This document shows positions 15,301 to 25,371 of a stretch of 64,000 nt of DNA, in pieces. Source of the DNA: Promethearchaeota archaeon. GTDB taxonomy: Archaea; Asgardarchaeota; Lokiarchaeia; Sigyniarchaeales; SOKP01. The notes below the pieces were generated by a model, which made no database searches, was not told where the DNA came from, and saw only the letters and a list, made by a program, of their open reading frames with translations. Each line of letters begins with the position of its first letter. The stretch's first letter is position 1. The position numbers and the translations under genes are program-made. Location of the stretch: NCBI GenBank assembly GCA_016839555.1, contig JAEOUA010000004.1, positions 23,894 through 87,893 of the forward strand. The letters run 5' to 3'.

Positions 15301-18000
15301 TTAAGAGGATTAAATGTATCATATACTTTTAATTACTCTGATACCCTTTCCAATCCAATATCGAGAGCTAATTATTCAGTAATTGGTGATGATTATAATT
15401 TCAATTATTTCTTACAAGATTTTGGAAATGGTACATATACAATGCATCTCGATACCGATAATGTGGTTGCGGGATTCACTTATCAATTTCAATTTAATGT
15501 ATCAGCAACTGGAAATGAAACCCAAATAATAACCTTAAATATCACAGTGACTATCACTCAAACAGCTATCGTGAATGTATCATTTAATGATACCATCGCC
15601 AGAAATTCTGGATTAAATCAAACCATTGAGTTTTACTTCAATGATACTACTAATAACCAACCAATAACAGGATTAACTAGTAATGATATTGTTGTATATG
15701 ATAACTCGACGGGTTCAATTTGGGATACGAATGATTTTAATTGGACTTTGATTAATATTGCTGGAGCTGGGAATTATCGTTTAAATGTTAGTATGAATAC
15801 TAAAAATTCTGGATGGTATACTTTAAGGATTGAAGTGTCGAAATTACCAAACTATGATACGAGTATTGAGTATATTACCTTTTACTTGAGAGGAAATTAT
15901 ACTCTAATAGGTATGCAGACCGTAGAGGGCCCACAAACCAATCCTCTAGGTCCAATAGACGGAAATTATACAATATATCTCGGAAGCGATATGTATGTAG
16001 AATTTAATATCACGGATACAGAGAATAGCAATAAACTTGTAACTGGGCCGGTTCTCAATTATGAAATATGGTATATAAACTTGGATGACTCAAGCGATAA
16101 TGGAACAATTTCAGAATCACTTTATTTTGATTCTATTGTTGATAATAGATTTGAAGGATCTATTTCAATTTCCCAAATTACAAACAATGGTACATATCAA
16201 ATAACAATAACAGTTGTGAAATTAAATTACGAAAATAGTACATATAGCTTTAACCTTACAATAGTTAATAGGCTCAATGTAAATCTACAAGTAATAAATC
16301 CGCCCAGTCAAATAATAGCAGGAGAAACATTCAATTTAACTTTTTATACCACATTATATAATGGAACTAATTGGATTCCGATTGAGAATGCGAGTATTTC
16401 AGTTATTACCTATATTAATGGTCTATACTTTGACACTTTTCCAGGTACAACTAACAGCTCTGGATACGTGGTAATTCAGATGACTATTCCAAATACTGCA
16501 AAAACCATGAATTTAACAGTTCAATTAACCGGAGATTATTATCATAAAGATACATCAATTATCATCGATTATATATCAGTAAAGTCAACAATTGCTCCTA
16601 TTTTCCCTCCTGGTGAAGAAGGATTTACTTTGGAAGATATACTCCTTTACTTAATAATCGGGATTGTTGGAATCGTTGTCATTATATCTGCGGTTGCAGT
16701 GCATAGAAAAGTTATTGTACCAAAAAAGGAAGCGAAACAAAAGATTCTAAAAGAAGTTAAAACCATATTTGACGATGCGATTAATTTAGAACATCTTTTA
16801 GTATTATATAAAGGTATGGGGGCATGTATCTTTTTCAAATCGTTTGCTTCAGAAAAGATTGATCCCGATTTAATTAGTGGATTTATCTCCGCTGTTTCTT
16901 CATTTGGAAAAGAAATCGAATCACAAAAAGCATTAAATGAGATGAAGTACGGCGATAAAACATTACTTCTTTCTGATGGAGAATATATTAGAGTAGCATT
17001 AGTTTTAGATAAAAAAGCATCCTTACCTTTAAGAAGAAATCTTAGAGAATTCGTTATAGAGTTTGAGGAGAAATATGGAGATCAATGTGAAGAATGGAGA
17101 GGAAAACTAGATGTATTTAAAGGTGCTGAGCCTTTAGTAGATAAACACTTTAATACCTCAATAATTCTCCCCCACAGAATTTACTATAAACCTGCAGTTG
17201 TAAAAAGTCTTAAAAATACACATAGCAAGGATATTTTAAAAATTACAGAAAAATTACTAAAAGAAACCGGAAGAGAGTTCTTTTTCATTTCAAAATTACT
17301 TGATAAGACAAAACAAGAAAGTAATAAAGATATTGCAGAAATTTTCATGGGAATTAAAGATTTGAGGGAGCGGGGATTACTTGCTCCCATAGATATCAGT
17401 AAACTTGAAGAAATACCAATATCTCCAGAAGAACGAAGAGAAATTGAGCAAAAAGTATATCAATTTTTAAAGCTTCCTGAAGCACAAAAACAAGAAATTA
17501 TCGAGCAGCTATTAAAAACAAGTCCAGAAGAAAGGCGAGCTTATATCGCCAGTTTAGAAAAACAAGAAGAGATTATATCCGCTCCAGTGAAATCGAAAAT
17601 AGGTGAAAAGGTGATTGAAAATAAAAAAGAAGCCAAAAATGAGCTAAAAAAGCTTAGGAAAAGAGCAGATAAAGAGAGAGCAATTCATAATTATCAAAAA
17701 GCGATTGATATATATGAACAGGCAGCAATTATTGCTAATAATTGGGATATGAAAGATTTATTTGCAGAATATCAAGAAGAAATACGGCTTACACAAATAG
17801 GCGAAAATGAGCTTAATATGAAAGAACATGTACAAAAAGCTGAAAAATTTGAAAAACGGGAAGATTATAAAAATGCAGCTGAAGAATATGAGCAAGCATC
17901 GAAATTTGCTTCACAAATATTTAAGTTGGGAGAAAATAAAATGCAAGATTTAGTGAAAGAATATACTAGAAAAGCAAAGAAATTTCAAAAAATGAGTTAA
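12337..18000 (+). CDS. Giant cell-surface glycoprotein / receptor-like protein: Ig-like repeats, TM helix, cytoplasmic longin-like domain, C-terminal helical (TPR/MIT-like) region
   Basis: N-terminal signal/TM; dense NxS/T sequons; ~100-aa repeats (YNDT...I..A...G.Y.I.....D....NASK); TM ILLYLIIGIVGIVVIISAVAV; IDPDLISGFISAVSSFGKEI longin-like motif; YQKAIDIYEQAA and YKNAAEEYEQAS helices. Confidence 0.8.
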   Translation: MIKFTIKKRKTKRCIFLIILTFGLLFSGFLDLIANPNLLQSNNSNLYYYNNFPTSLPHSSNGYSTSFNNTGNPLNITLHQSKIEMGTPLFEILNTSDSSNSTISTSTPSDTLFNSTTSQIFIENITAPDKILQLENDTDHYSDLSTARLFSFEIPINCTLDSVTIYLNNTSSVNPTAVGIFLWGSQSGLPYNYITQLGTSKTIPADGEGYYTYNNLNILLNDTDTTNKIFFIRVIDTGIGSARIFGKNDGADGDPDDSDVYYYLVDHYESIAIDYFANITLKANSNPSRPSDIGLKINGTLVDNGGASGTGNLTILKEYSTLPDQIEYNITADWWDVSCNITKIIVNYTRSDLTAITEYSISGSNQTVQWNATLGNFNNFDIAFNNYWINYTVPESWLNFNAYNASNSIPSENITVGSPSNGYKEVQIYPAGNSTNWYISAESPNLVNDILVFLAGETNEIYSVNHSDTIDINVTFSDTIWNGNITLNIYSPSDTGNYLNHTYSLNTSSLSPNTEFYLNNWTIDNIKDYGIFKVQVDWTNGTDAGFVEINLTINAVTDLIVQGPSTTIYDAGDIFDVQVLYNDTGQGLDIDNANISYKINTGSYRPIDQNVTKLGSGLYNISVDCNDTDLIYGQNTITINASKQYYNEATTSFNFTVFAETALSIKYPPLDSFYNSSDTFEVRVFFNDTIKDAGIDNAIINYSLDGGSSYRGDNVENFHNGYYNITVNCNDTQFNDYGDITLIVNASKAYHHNQSQQVNISVKGETLLTIISPSPLDSFNSGDTFNITVQYNDTSRNQGISGASFTVKVNGTAYTEVIYHDLLNGTYDITLNASDNEFFPYGIVTIELNFSKDVYYSSNNSVQVQIIGESTFDRLSPEMYAIYLSGEQFNIILQYNDSVRNIGIDDATIEYTLNGTGYKSINWAYEGNGIYNITIDVDDSDFGSTYGYRNIIVNVSRAFYVNHSLTYTFHRQIPTSIDPSNFQDLGSVLRGLNVSYTFNYSDTLSNPISRANYSVIGDDYNFNYFLQDFGNGTYTMHLDTDNVVAGFTYQFQFNVSATGNETQIITLNITVTITQTAIVNVSFNDTIARNSGLNQTIEFYFNDTTNNQPITGLTSNDIVVYDNSTGSIWDTNDFNWTLINIAGAGNYRLNVSMNTKNSGWYTLRIEVSKLPNYDTSIEYITFYLRGNYTLIGMQTVEGPQTNPLGPIDGNYTIYLGSDMYVEFNITDTENSNKLVTGPVLNYEIWYINLDDSSDNGTISESLYFDSIVDNRFEGSISISQITNNGTYQITITVVKLNYENSTYSFNLTIVNRLNVNLQVINPPSQIIAGETFNLTFYTTLYNGTNWIPIENASISVITYINGLYFDTFPGTTNSSGYVVIQMTIPNTAKTMNLTVQLTGDYYHKDTSIIIDYISVKSTIAPIFPPGEEGFTLEDILLYLIIGIVGIVVIISAVAVHRKVIVPKKEAKQKILKEVKTIFDDAINLEHLLVLYKGMGACIFFKSFASEKIDPDLISGFISAVSSFGKEIESQKALNEMKYGDKTLLLSDGEYIRVALVLDKKASLPLRRNLREFVIEFEEKYGDQCEEWRGKLDVFKGAEPLVDKHFNTSIILPHRIYYKPAVVKSLKNTHSKDILKITEKLLKETGREFFFISKLLDKTKQESNKDIAEIFMGIKDLRERGLLAPIDISKLEEIPISPEERREIEQKVYQFLKLPEAQKQEIIEQLLKTSPEERRAYIASLEKQEEIISAPVKSKIGEKVIENKKEAKNELKKLRKRADKERAIHNYQKAIDIYEQAAIIANNWDMKDLFAEYQEEIRLTQIGENELNMKEHVQKAEKFEKREDYKNAAEEYEQASKFASQIFKLGENKMQDLVKEYTRKAKKFQKMS

Positions 18001-18147
18001 ATTTTTATTTTATTTTTTTAAAATTTTTTTATATTTTAAATTATAATCTATATCAAATTCACAGTTTAATTCTAGAATCAATTCAAATCTAGTTTTTTTT
18101 ATTTTTTAAGTTTCTCTAAAAATGTATTTTAAAAAAATAATAGATTA

Positions 18148-19443
18148 TTAGTCCGAAATACCATCCTCTGTTATTGAAAATACCGCTTCTGCAACGGGTA
18201 AATGGGGTGCATCAACCACCTTAGCTACGCGCTGTTCTCCTTTGCCTTTTCGCAGATAAATCCGAATTGTAGAGCCGTGAGCGATTATATTACCTCCTGT
18301 AGCTTGAATTGGATTGCCATAAAATACATTTGGTTTCGCTTGGACTTGATTAGTGACACATATACTTAAATCTGGATAGATATCCGTGAGTCTTAGTAAA
18401 TCATGTAAATGTTGATTAATACGCTGTTGACGATCTGCCAAAGTTCCCCTTCCTATATATTCCGATCGAAAGTGTCCGATTAACGAATCAACCACGATCA
18501 ATTTGATATTTTTTTCTTTGATTATATTTGTTGCTTCTTTTACAAGAAGGATTTGATGATCTGAATTGTAGGCTCTTCCATATATAATATTTTTAAGAAC
18601 TTTTTTATGGTCTAAATCTAGGGCTTCAGACATTTGAATTATTCTTTCTGGTCGAAAAGTTCCTTCTGTATCAATATATAATGCGGCTCCCTCAATTCCT
18701 CCTTTTTCTTTTGGTAATTGGACATTCACACATAATTGATGCATTATTTGCGTTTTTCCTGTTCTAAATTCTCCAAAAAATTCTAATACCGCTCCGGTTT
18801 CTATTCCCCCTAATAATAAATTATCCAATTCTTGGCTTCCTGAGGTTATTCGACTTATATTTTTTCTATGATTCCATACTTCTTTAGCAGATTTAAATCC
18901 GATATTTAATTTTTTCATCGCAGATTGAATAATTTTCGCAGTGGTTTTTTCACCTAGTCCACTATCCTCTTGAATAATAGAAGGAGGTGTAAATGCTATT
19001 GATTCAAGGCTTGAAAATCCAGCCTCCACTAATTTTACAAGAGTTGCTTCCCCAACCCCAGGGAGAGTCTTTACTCTTTCGATACATTCTTGCATTGTAA
19101 GATCTTTTTCTTTTGTATCTTCTTTTTCTGAATCTTTTTCCTCTAAAAATTCTTCATCTTCTAACTCTTCGTTTTCTTCTAACTCTTCGAATTCTTCTTC
19201 ATCTTTGAAATCTTCTTCATCTTTGAAATCCTCTTCATCTTCTAAACCCTCTTCATCCTCGAAATCTTCTTTTTCCACTAAATTTTCTTCGCTTTCGGGA
19301 TCCTCTTCATCAATAATTTCTTGAGCATACTTAAGATGTTCTTTATAAATCTTTCCCTTCACATGAGTTCGCTCACACTCTGAGCAATAATATGGATCTC
19401 CCATCTTAAAACCTTCATCGCCATTCTTTTCAGCAATAGTCAA
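18148..19443 (-). CDS. radA: DNA repair/recombination protein RadA with a long acidic N-terminal extension
   Basis: HhH LPGVGEAT; Walker [10 protein letters not shown]; [12 protein letters not shown]; LIVVDS; [17 protein letters not shown]; TNQV. Confidence 0.95.
   Translation of the reverse strand: MTIAEKNGDEGFKMGDPYYCSECERTHVKGKIYKEHLKYAQEIIDEEDPESEENLVEKEDFEDEEGLEDEEDFKDEEDFKDEEEFEELEENEELEDEEFLEEKDSEKEDTKEKDLTMQECIERVKTLPGVGEATLVKLVEAGFSSLESIAFTPPSIIQEDSGLGEKTTAKIIQSAMKKLNIGFKSAKEVWNHRKNISRITSGSQELDNLLLGGIETGAVLEFFGEFRTGKTQIMHQLCVNVQLPKEKGGIEGAALYIDTEGTFRPERIIQMSEALDLDHKKVLKNIIYGRAYNSDHQILLVKEATNIIKEKNIKLIVVDSLIGHFRSEYIGRGTLADRQQRINQHLHDLLRLTDIYPDLSICVTNQVQAKPNVFYGNPIQATGGNIIAHGSTIRIYLRKGKGEQRVAKVVDAPHLPVAEAVFSITEDGISD
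19195..19230. repeat. Exact 18-nt tandem duplication (DFKDEE twice) in the acidic RadA linker, within a longer degenerate array
   Basis: ttcttcatctttgaaatc at 19195-19212 and 19213-19230; degenerate units on both sides. Confidence 0.85.
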
Positions 19444-19748
19444 TAATTATCACTTATTTTTAGTGTGATTTTTATAGTTTTTTCTAAATATATTAAAGCG
19501 ATATGTATTTTAAAATAAAATACACTAATTATTTTCTAATTTATTAATTAATGAATAACTTAATTAACCCCAATTTTTCTAAAAAATTAAATTACTTTTA
19601 ACTATTTTATTATTAAATAACCCTATTTCCCATATTTTTCTAAAATTTCGTCCTGAGTGGTTAAACTATTCGATTACATCTTTTTATGAAGATTTGTATT
19701 CTAAAGAAAAAGAAAATAATTATAAGATACTAATTATAAGTAATAATT

Positions 19749-21002
19749 ATGCCTCAAACTAATTCATTAGATTCGTTTGAATTAGAATATTATCCAAAAG
19801 TCTCTGAAAATCTTATAAGAAAAAGTATAAAATTTATTAATGAAAAAAAGGAAAAGTGGCAAGATCCTTTTTTCACAGACACAAAATCTTACTTAAACTT
19901 AAATGAAATTAGAAAGGTTTCATCTAAATACTTAACTCCAGAGATTCAAAATGTGATAATTCTTGCTACAGGCGGCTCAATTCAAACACTTTTTGCTTTA
20001 AAGCATTTATCAAAAAAAAATATCATTCCAATAATGAGTGCAAGGTCTATAGAATTAAAAAATTGTCTAGAAAATACCAACTCTCAAAATAGTATTGTGA
20101 TTCCTATTTCTCGAAGCGGCGAAACACTCGATGTTAATTCTACCATTGGTACTTTTGTAGAACATAATTATCCTTTTTTAGGACTTTCTTCTCGTGGAAG
20201 AATGAGAGAATTATTAGAAGAAATTAATGCACCCATTTTGGAGGTTCCCGATCTATCAGGTCGCTTTGCTGCCTCTATTACGAATGTCGCTATACTCCCT
20301 GCTTATATTTCTGGGATTGAAATATATAATTTTTTAGAAGGATTAAAAATAGGCTATAATATCTTTATGAATACTCAAAACAATTCCTCTTTAGAATTTG
20401 CCTCTTATTTGTATAATTTACATAAAAAAGGATACAAAATAATTTTTTCAATGCCCTATTCTAAAAATCTTGACGGGAGCATTGGTTTATTTGTTCAAGA
20501 AATTTCTGAAAGCACCGGAAAGGTGGGAAGAGGCTTAATGGGAGCATATCAAGAAGCTCCACTCTGTCAACATTCTGTCCTAGAATTCTTATTGGGAGGA
20601 ACTAAAGGCATAGTAATACCAATAATTTTTATAGTGAATGAAGAATTTCCTGATCTTAAATTAAACTCATCAATTACATATCTTAATGGAAAAAATGCAA
20701 ATAAAGTTATAAATTATCAAGCAGATGCTACATTTCAAGCACTAATCAAGCAAGAAGTTCCGACAGCTAAAATATCTATTCAAACACCTGATGAAAAAAA
20801 TATTGGGATTTTAATAGCGTTTATTCAATCTTGCATTTATTATCTATGTTTATTGCTTGATGTAAACTGGGCAAATAATCCAATGGTAAATATTGGTAAA
20901 GAAATTTGCAATGAAGCTCTTAAAAATGAGTTTACGTTTTTAAAAATGAAAGAATCAAGAAATAAATTAGCTAAAGAGAAGTATAAGAATTTTTTTGATT
21001 AA
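19749..21002 (+). CDS. Glucose-6-phosphate isomerase-like SIS-domain protein
   Basis: ATGGS, ISRSGETLD, SGRFA, QEISESTGK, CQHS, NPMVNIGK correspond to PGI signature motifs (divergent). Confidence 0.75.
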   Translation: MPQTNSLDSFELEYYPKVSENLIRKSIKFINEKKEKWQDPFFTDTKSYLNLNEIRKVSSKYLTPEIQNVIILATGGSIQTLFALKHLSKKNIIPIMSARSIELKNCLENTNSQNSIVIPISRSGETLDVNSTIGTFVEHNYPFLGLSSRGRMRELLEEINAPILEVPDLSGRFAASITNVAILPAYISGIEIYNFLEGLKIGYNIFMNTQNNSSLEFASYLYNLHKKGYKIIFSMPYSKNLDGSIGLFVQEISESTGKVGRGLMGAYQEAPLCQHSVLEFLLGGTKGIVIPIIFIVNEEFPDLKLNSSITYLNGKNANKVINYQADATFQALIKQEVPTAKISIQTPDEKNIGILIAFIQSCIYYLCLLLDVNWANNPMVNIGKEICNEALKNEFTFLKMKESRNKLAKEKYKNFFD

Positions 21003-21005
21003 TGA

Positions 21006-22475
21006 TTAATTTTGCATTAATTTTTTATTTATAAAGGCATCATATAATACATTTACCGCTCTCACACAATCTTCCCTCTTAATAATAATGGTAATATTTA
21101 GCTCAGAACTTCCTTGTGCTATTGCCCTTACATTAATTCCATTATTACCTAAAGTTGTGAATACTTTTCCAGCAATTCCTGGGGTATGAAGCATTCCAGC
21201 ACCAATAACTGCGATTAGGGAAATATCATTATCTATCTTGATAGAAAACCATTGTTTACCAAACCAATCGGAATTTCTAAGAAGACAACTAACTTTCATA
21301 GAATCTTCCAAATCTATTCCAAATGTAATATTATTTTCTGAGGAACTTTGTGAAATAAATTTTATATTTATGTTATTTTCTCCTAAAAGATTAAAAAGTT
21401 TTGCTGCGGTTCCTGGTAGAGAAACCATCGTTCCGCTTTCAATTTTAACCATTGATAATCTTTTAATTGAAGTTATAGCTTTTATCAAAGTGGCTCCTTT
21501 TTGTACTTCCTTAGTAATTGTAGTATATTTTTCCGAATAAGGATCAGCAAAGGGGTGTATTTCTGAGGGCACATTCCTTTTTTCATTTACATCCAAACAT
21601 AATGGATGAAGTACTTTCGATCCAAAAAAGGCTAATTCTTTTGCTTCTATGTAAGAAATTTGAGTAAGAAGTGAGGTCTGTTGAGCAATTTTAGGATCAG
21701 CGTTTAAAAATCCTTCAACATCTTTCCAATATATTACTTTACAGTCAAAATTAGGTTCTAATCCATAAGCCAATATTGCCGCTGTTAAATCAGTCCCACC
21801 CCGACCAAGGGTTGTGATTTTTTTATCTCTCGTGGAACCATAAAAACCAGTAACACATACCAAATCACATTTATTAGATTTGATGAGATTAGATATTCGT
21901 TGCTGAATTTTTTGTTCTGTTTCATCTAATAATGGTAAAGCCCTTCCGAAATTATCATCAGTGAGTATTATTTCATCTGAAGAGATAAATTCTGAATTTA
22001 AACCTATGGAATTGAAATATTTAGATACAATAAAAGTGCTGAGCTTTTCTCCATAGCTCATGATAAGATCTAATATATCTAAACTGGGGCGTAATAATCT
22101 AACAACTCTACCTAATTGCACAAGTTCATTAATATTTGATTCTAAAAAGTCTATAACATCTTGATATTCCACAGATTCTTTATTTATGTTCTCATCAATG
22201 AATTCTTTATGTTTTTTTCTTATAGATTCAATTAGATAACGACATTCACGGTAATTCTCATTATCTTTTTCTCCATCTCCACACGATTTATTATAAAAGT
22301 TGATCAGCTGGTCTGTAATCCCCTTGAATGCGGAGGTAACAATAATTATATTTGCTTGTTTCATATATTTTTTAACAATTTCGGTGGTCTGGGAAAAAGA
22401 TTCCACGTTTTTCAGACAAGACCCACCGAATTTCATAATGATAATCTTTTGTTTCTTTTTCATCAATCTGATCAC
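21006..22475 (-). CDS. lysC: Aspartate kinase with two ACT domains
   Basis: MKFGGS, SYGEKLS, TTLGRGGTD, KDVEGFLNADP, EAKELAFFGSKVLHP, QGSSELNI. Confidence 0.93.
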   Translation of the reverse strand: MIRLMKKKQKIIIMKFGGSCLKNVESFSQTTEIVKKYMKQANIIIVTSAFKGITDQLINFYNKSCGDGEKDNENYRECRYLIESIRKKHKEFIDENINKESVEYQDVIDFLESNINELVQLGRVVRLLRPSLDILDLIMSYGEKLSTFIVSKYFNSIGLNSEFISSDEIILTDDNFGRALPLLDETEQKIQQRISNLIKSNKCDLVCVTGFYGSTRDKKITTLGRGGTDLTAAILAYGLEPNFDCKVIYWKDVEGFLNADPKIAQQTSLLTQISYIEAKELAFFGSKVLHPLCLDVNEKRNVPSEIHPFADPYSEKYTTITKEVQKGATLIKAITSIKRLSMVKIESGTMVSLPGTAAKLFNLLGENNINIKFISQSSSENNITFGIDLEDSMKVSCLLRNSDWFGKQWFSIKIDNDISLIAVIGAGMLHTPGIAGKVFTTLGNNGINVRAIAQGSSELNITIIIKREDCVRAVNVLYDAFINKKLMQN

Positions 22476-22660
22476 TAATGAACTTTTATTTTTCTATCTT
22501 ATTATCATAAAATTAAACAATTTTAAGATTTTTACTAAAATAATCATCAGATTATGAAAATACAGATTAGTTTGGTTTTCTCCTTATGAATAAAATAAAT
22601 CGAATTATAAAATTTGAATATTCTATATTTGAAAAATAAGATCTTTTTCAGAATTATAGT

Positions 22661-23122
22661 TTAACTATATTTTTGTATTATAATATCTGATTCTTTTAAC
22701 AAATTTTCTTTTATTTTATTTTCCATATTATACCCTTCTTTATAAACAAGTCGTTTAATCCCCGCATTTATTAACACTTTTAAGCAACTCATACAAGGAA
22801 AAGTTGTAGAATATAAAGTGGTATAACCTTTTAATGATGTTCCATGTAGAGCGGCTTGAATTATGCAATTTAATTCAGCGTGGACTCCTCGACAGAGTTC
22901 TGGTTTTTCTCCGGGTTTTAAGTTTGTTCTAACACACGTTTTTTTAGTGCAATGCTTAAATCCCGATGGGGCGCCATTATAACCTGTTGATATTATATGT
23001 GAATCTTTAACTAATACGGCCCCCACTTTTCTTTTAATACAAGTGGATCTCTGAGATACCACTTGTGCAATACTCATAAAATATTCATCCTTAGAGATTC
23101 TTTTTGTACTTTTTTGGTCCAT
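22661..23122 (-). CDS. dCMP deaminase family protein
   Basis: RSTC..RKVGAV, TGYNGAP, HAELN and PCMSC zinc motifs. Confidence 0.92.
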   Translation of the reverse strand: MDQKSTKRISKDEYFMSIAQVVSQRSTCIKRKVGAVLVKDSHIISTGYNGAPSGFKHCTKKTCVRTNLKPGEKPELCRGVHAELNCIIQAALHGTSLKGYTTLYSTTFPCMSCLKVLINAGIKRLVYKEGYNMENKIKENLLKESDIIIQKYS

Positions 23123-23309
23123 TTTTAAAACATTATTTTTATTTTTTATAATTATGAATAGAAATAATATTTTTATACTCTTCTATTTGTTTAATGATAT
23201 AAAATCCTCAGAATTTTTACTGGCAAGTTCCACCACATAAAAATAAATAAAAGCAGTATGATTTTATATATCAAATATAAAATATTCAAAAATTTTAATA
23301 ATAATTTAA

Positions 23310-23903
23310 ATGCTGAGAGCAACTCGTGGATTTGGCATATTAGAAAACTTTTTGTCTATTCAGAGGATGAAATTAGCTCAAAAATTTATCAAAAAGTATA
23401 ATAAGAACGGCAAGATTTTAGATATTGGATGCGGGGCTTATCCTTTATTTCTCATTAATTCTGACTTTCAAGAAAAAGTGGGTATTGATCAAATAATTAC
23501 TCCAATTAAGATTAAGAATTTAAATCTCTCACTGAATAATTATGATTTAACTGAAAAAAATGCGCTTTCCTTTCAAAAAAATACATTTGAGACCATTACA
23601 ATGTTGGCATTTATTGAACATATTGATCCCAAGAAAGTAGACTCTTTGTTTAAGAATTGTTATAACTTATTAAAAAAAGGAGGGATTTTATTCTTAACAA
23701 CTCCAGCTAAATGGAGTCATTTACCATTAAAAATAATGTCAAAATTTCGTTTAGTAAGTCCAGATGAGATTAAAGAACATAAATACGCTTATTATCTTCA
23801 AGAACTCGTGAATAAACTAAAGAAATCAGGATTTAAGCAGGAAAATATAGAAAAAGGCTATTTTGAATTTTTTCTTAATTTATGGATATGTGCTAAAAAA
23901 TAA
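23310..23903 (+). CDS. Class I SAM-dependent methyltransferase
   Basis: ILDIGCG motif I; FIEHI; LLKKGGILFLTTP. Confidence 0.88.
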   Translation: MLRATRGFGILENFLSIQRMKLAQKFIKKYNKNGKILDIGCGAYPLFLINSDFQEKVGIDQIITPIKIKNLNLSLNNYDLTEKNALSFQKNTFETITMLAFIEHIDPKKVDSLFKNCYNLLKKGGILFLTTPAKWSHLPLKIMSKFRLVSPDEIKEHKYAYYLQELVNKLKKSGFKQENIEKGYFEFFLNLWICAKK

Positions 23904-24072
23904 AATTCAATAAATCCAACTTTTTATGAATATGATAGTTTTTATGGAGAATATGAGTTTTTAAATATAAAAATTTTGAAAATTAGATATCTCTTCCTTT
24001 TTATAAGTGATTTTGTAATAATCTAATTATTTAAACTCATATAAAAAATTTTTTTTCCTTTATTGATTAAAC

Positions 24073-25362
24073 ATGCCCTCTACCTTAGAGAAAATAAAGA
24101 TACTCGGAGCAAACTCAAAATACGATATCTGCGCTAGTACAGCCTCAAGCCGGACGGAAAAATACCCACAATTGTTTGGAGATTCTAATTATTGGATCGG
24201 AGCGACTGAAAGAGCTGGAATTTGTCATAGTTATACGCCTGATGGTAAATGTATGAGCTTATTTAAAACTCTCTATACTAATAATTGTATTTATAACTGT
24301 AAATATTGTTTTTCCAATAATTGTAAAAAAAGAGTAAGTTTTACTCCAGAAGAATATGCTAAAACATTTATAAAGCTATATTCGATGAATGTGGTTGAGG
24401 GAATTTTTATTTCATCCGGCGTTTGTGGAAGTGCAGATACTACAACAGAAAAGATGTTAGATGCTATAAAATTGATTAGATTGAAATATCATTTTCAAGG
24501 CTATATTCACTTTAAATGCCTACCTGGCGTAAGCCAATATCTTATTAAAGAAGCTATAAGACTTTCTGACCGTATTTCTATTAATACAGAGGCTTCTACT
24601 AAAGATTATTTGGCTGAAATTGCAGAACAAAAAGATTTTAAAAATGATATTGAAATGCGTCAAAGATGGATCAAAAAAATAAGAATTCGCCATAATGAGC
24701 AAGCTCTAAAAAAATTACAGGATATAAAAGATGATAAAGATATTGAAGTCCAGAGAAAAATGATTAATGGAAGGCGAGAAGATGGATATAAGAAATTTCG
24801 CTGGGATGGTGCACCCATACTAAATGGAGGTCAAACCACTCAATTTGTTGTAGGAGCAGCCGACAATGAAACTGATTTAGATTTATTGAAGAGAATAGAT
24901 TGGCAATATAAAAATGTAGATCTTCGGAGAGCATATTTTTCTTCTTTTATTCCGATTAAGGGAACACCATTAGCTTATAAAAAAAGAGCTCCTTTAGAAA
25001 GGGAGCATCAACTATATCAAAGTGACTGGCTCCTTCGCATTTATCAATATCAGCTAAAAGATTTAAAAGAAATTATTAATGAAGATGGAAATTTACCGAA
25101 GGGTGATCCTAAAATTCATTTTGCACGCCATTATTTCAACGACCATAGCTTAGTGGATCCAAATCAAGCTTCCTATAAAGAATTACTTCGTGTACCTGGT
25201 ATTGGTTCTATTTCTGCGAAACGAATAATCAATTTAAGGACACAAAAATTTAAATTTAACAGACGTCAAGATTTAAAAGCAGTAGGTGTGGTATTAAAAA
25301 GAGCAGATCCTTTTCTTTCTATAAATGGTCAAAAACAAGCAACAATTACAAGTTTTGTTTAG
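24073..25362 (+). CDS. Putative DNA modification/repair radical SAM protein with a C-terminal HhH (TIGR03916-like)
   Basis: KYDICAS, GICHSYTPDGKC, CIYNCKYC, REHQLYQSDWLLRIY, ELLRVPGIG. Confidence 0.88.
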   Translation: MPSTLEKIKILGANSKYDICASTASSRTEKYPQLFGDSNYWIGATERAGICHSYTPDGKCMSLFKTLYTNNCIYNCKYCFSNNCKKRVSFTPEEYAKTFIKLYSMNVVEGIFISSGVCGSADTTTEKMLDAIKLIRLKYHFQGYIHFKCLPGVSQYLIKEAIRLSDRISINTEASTKDYLAEIAEQKDFKNDIEMRQRWIKKIRIRHNEQALKKLQDIKDDKDIEVQRKMINGRREDGYKKFRWDGAPILNGGQTTQFVVGAADNETDLDLLKRIDWQYKNVDLRRAYFSSFIPIKGTPLAYKKRAPLEREHQLYQSDWLLRIYQYQLKDLKEIINEDGNLPKGDPKIHFARHYFNDHSLVDPNQASYKELLRVPGIGSISAKRIINLRTQKFKFNRRQDLKAVGVVLKRADPFLSINGQKQATITSFV

Positions 25363-25371
25363 AGGTTTAAA

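Noticed and set aside
19650-19680. gtcctgagtggttaaa resembles a tRNA D-arm
   Set aside because: No acceptor stem, anticodon arm or properly placed T-arm can be built.
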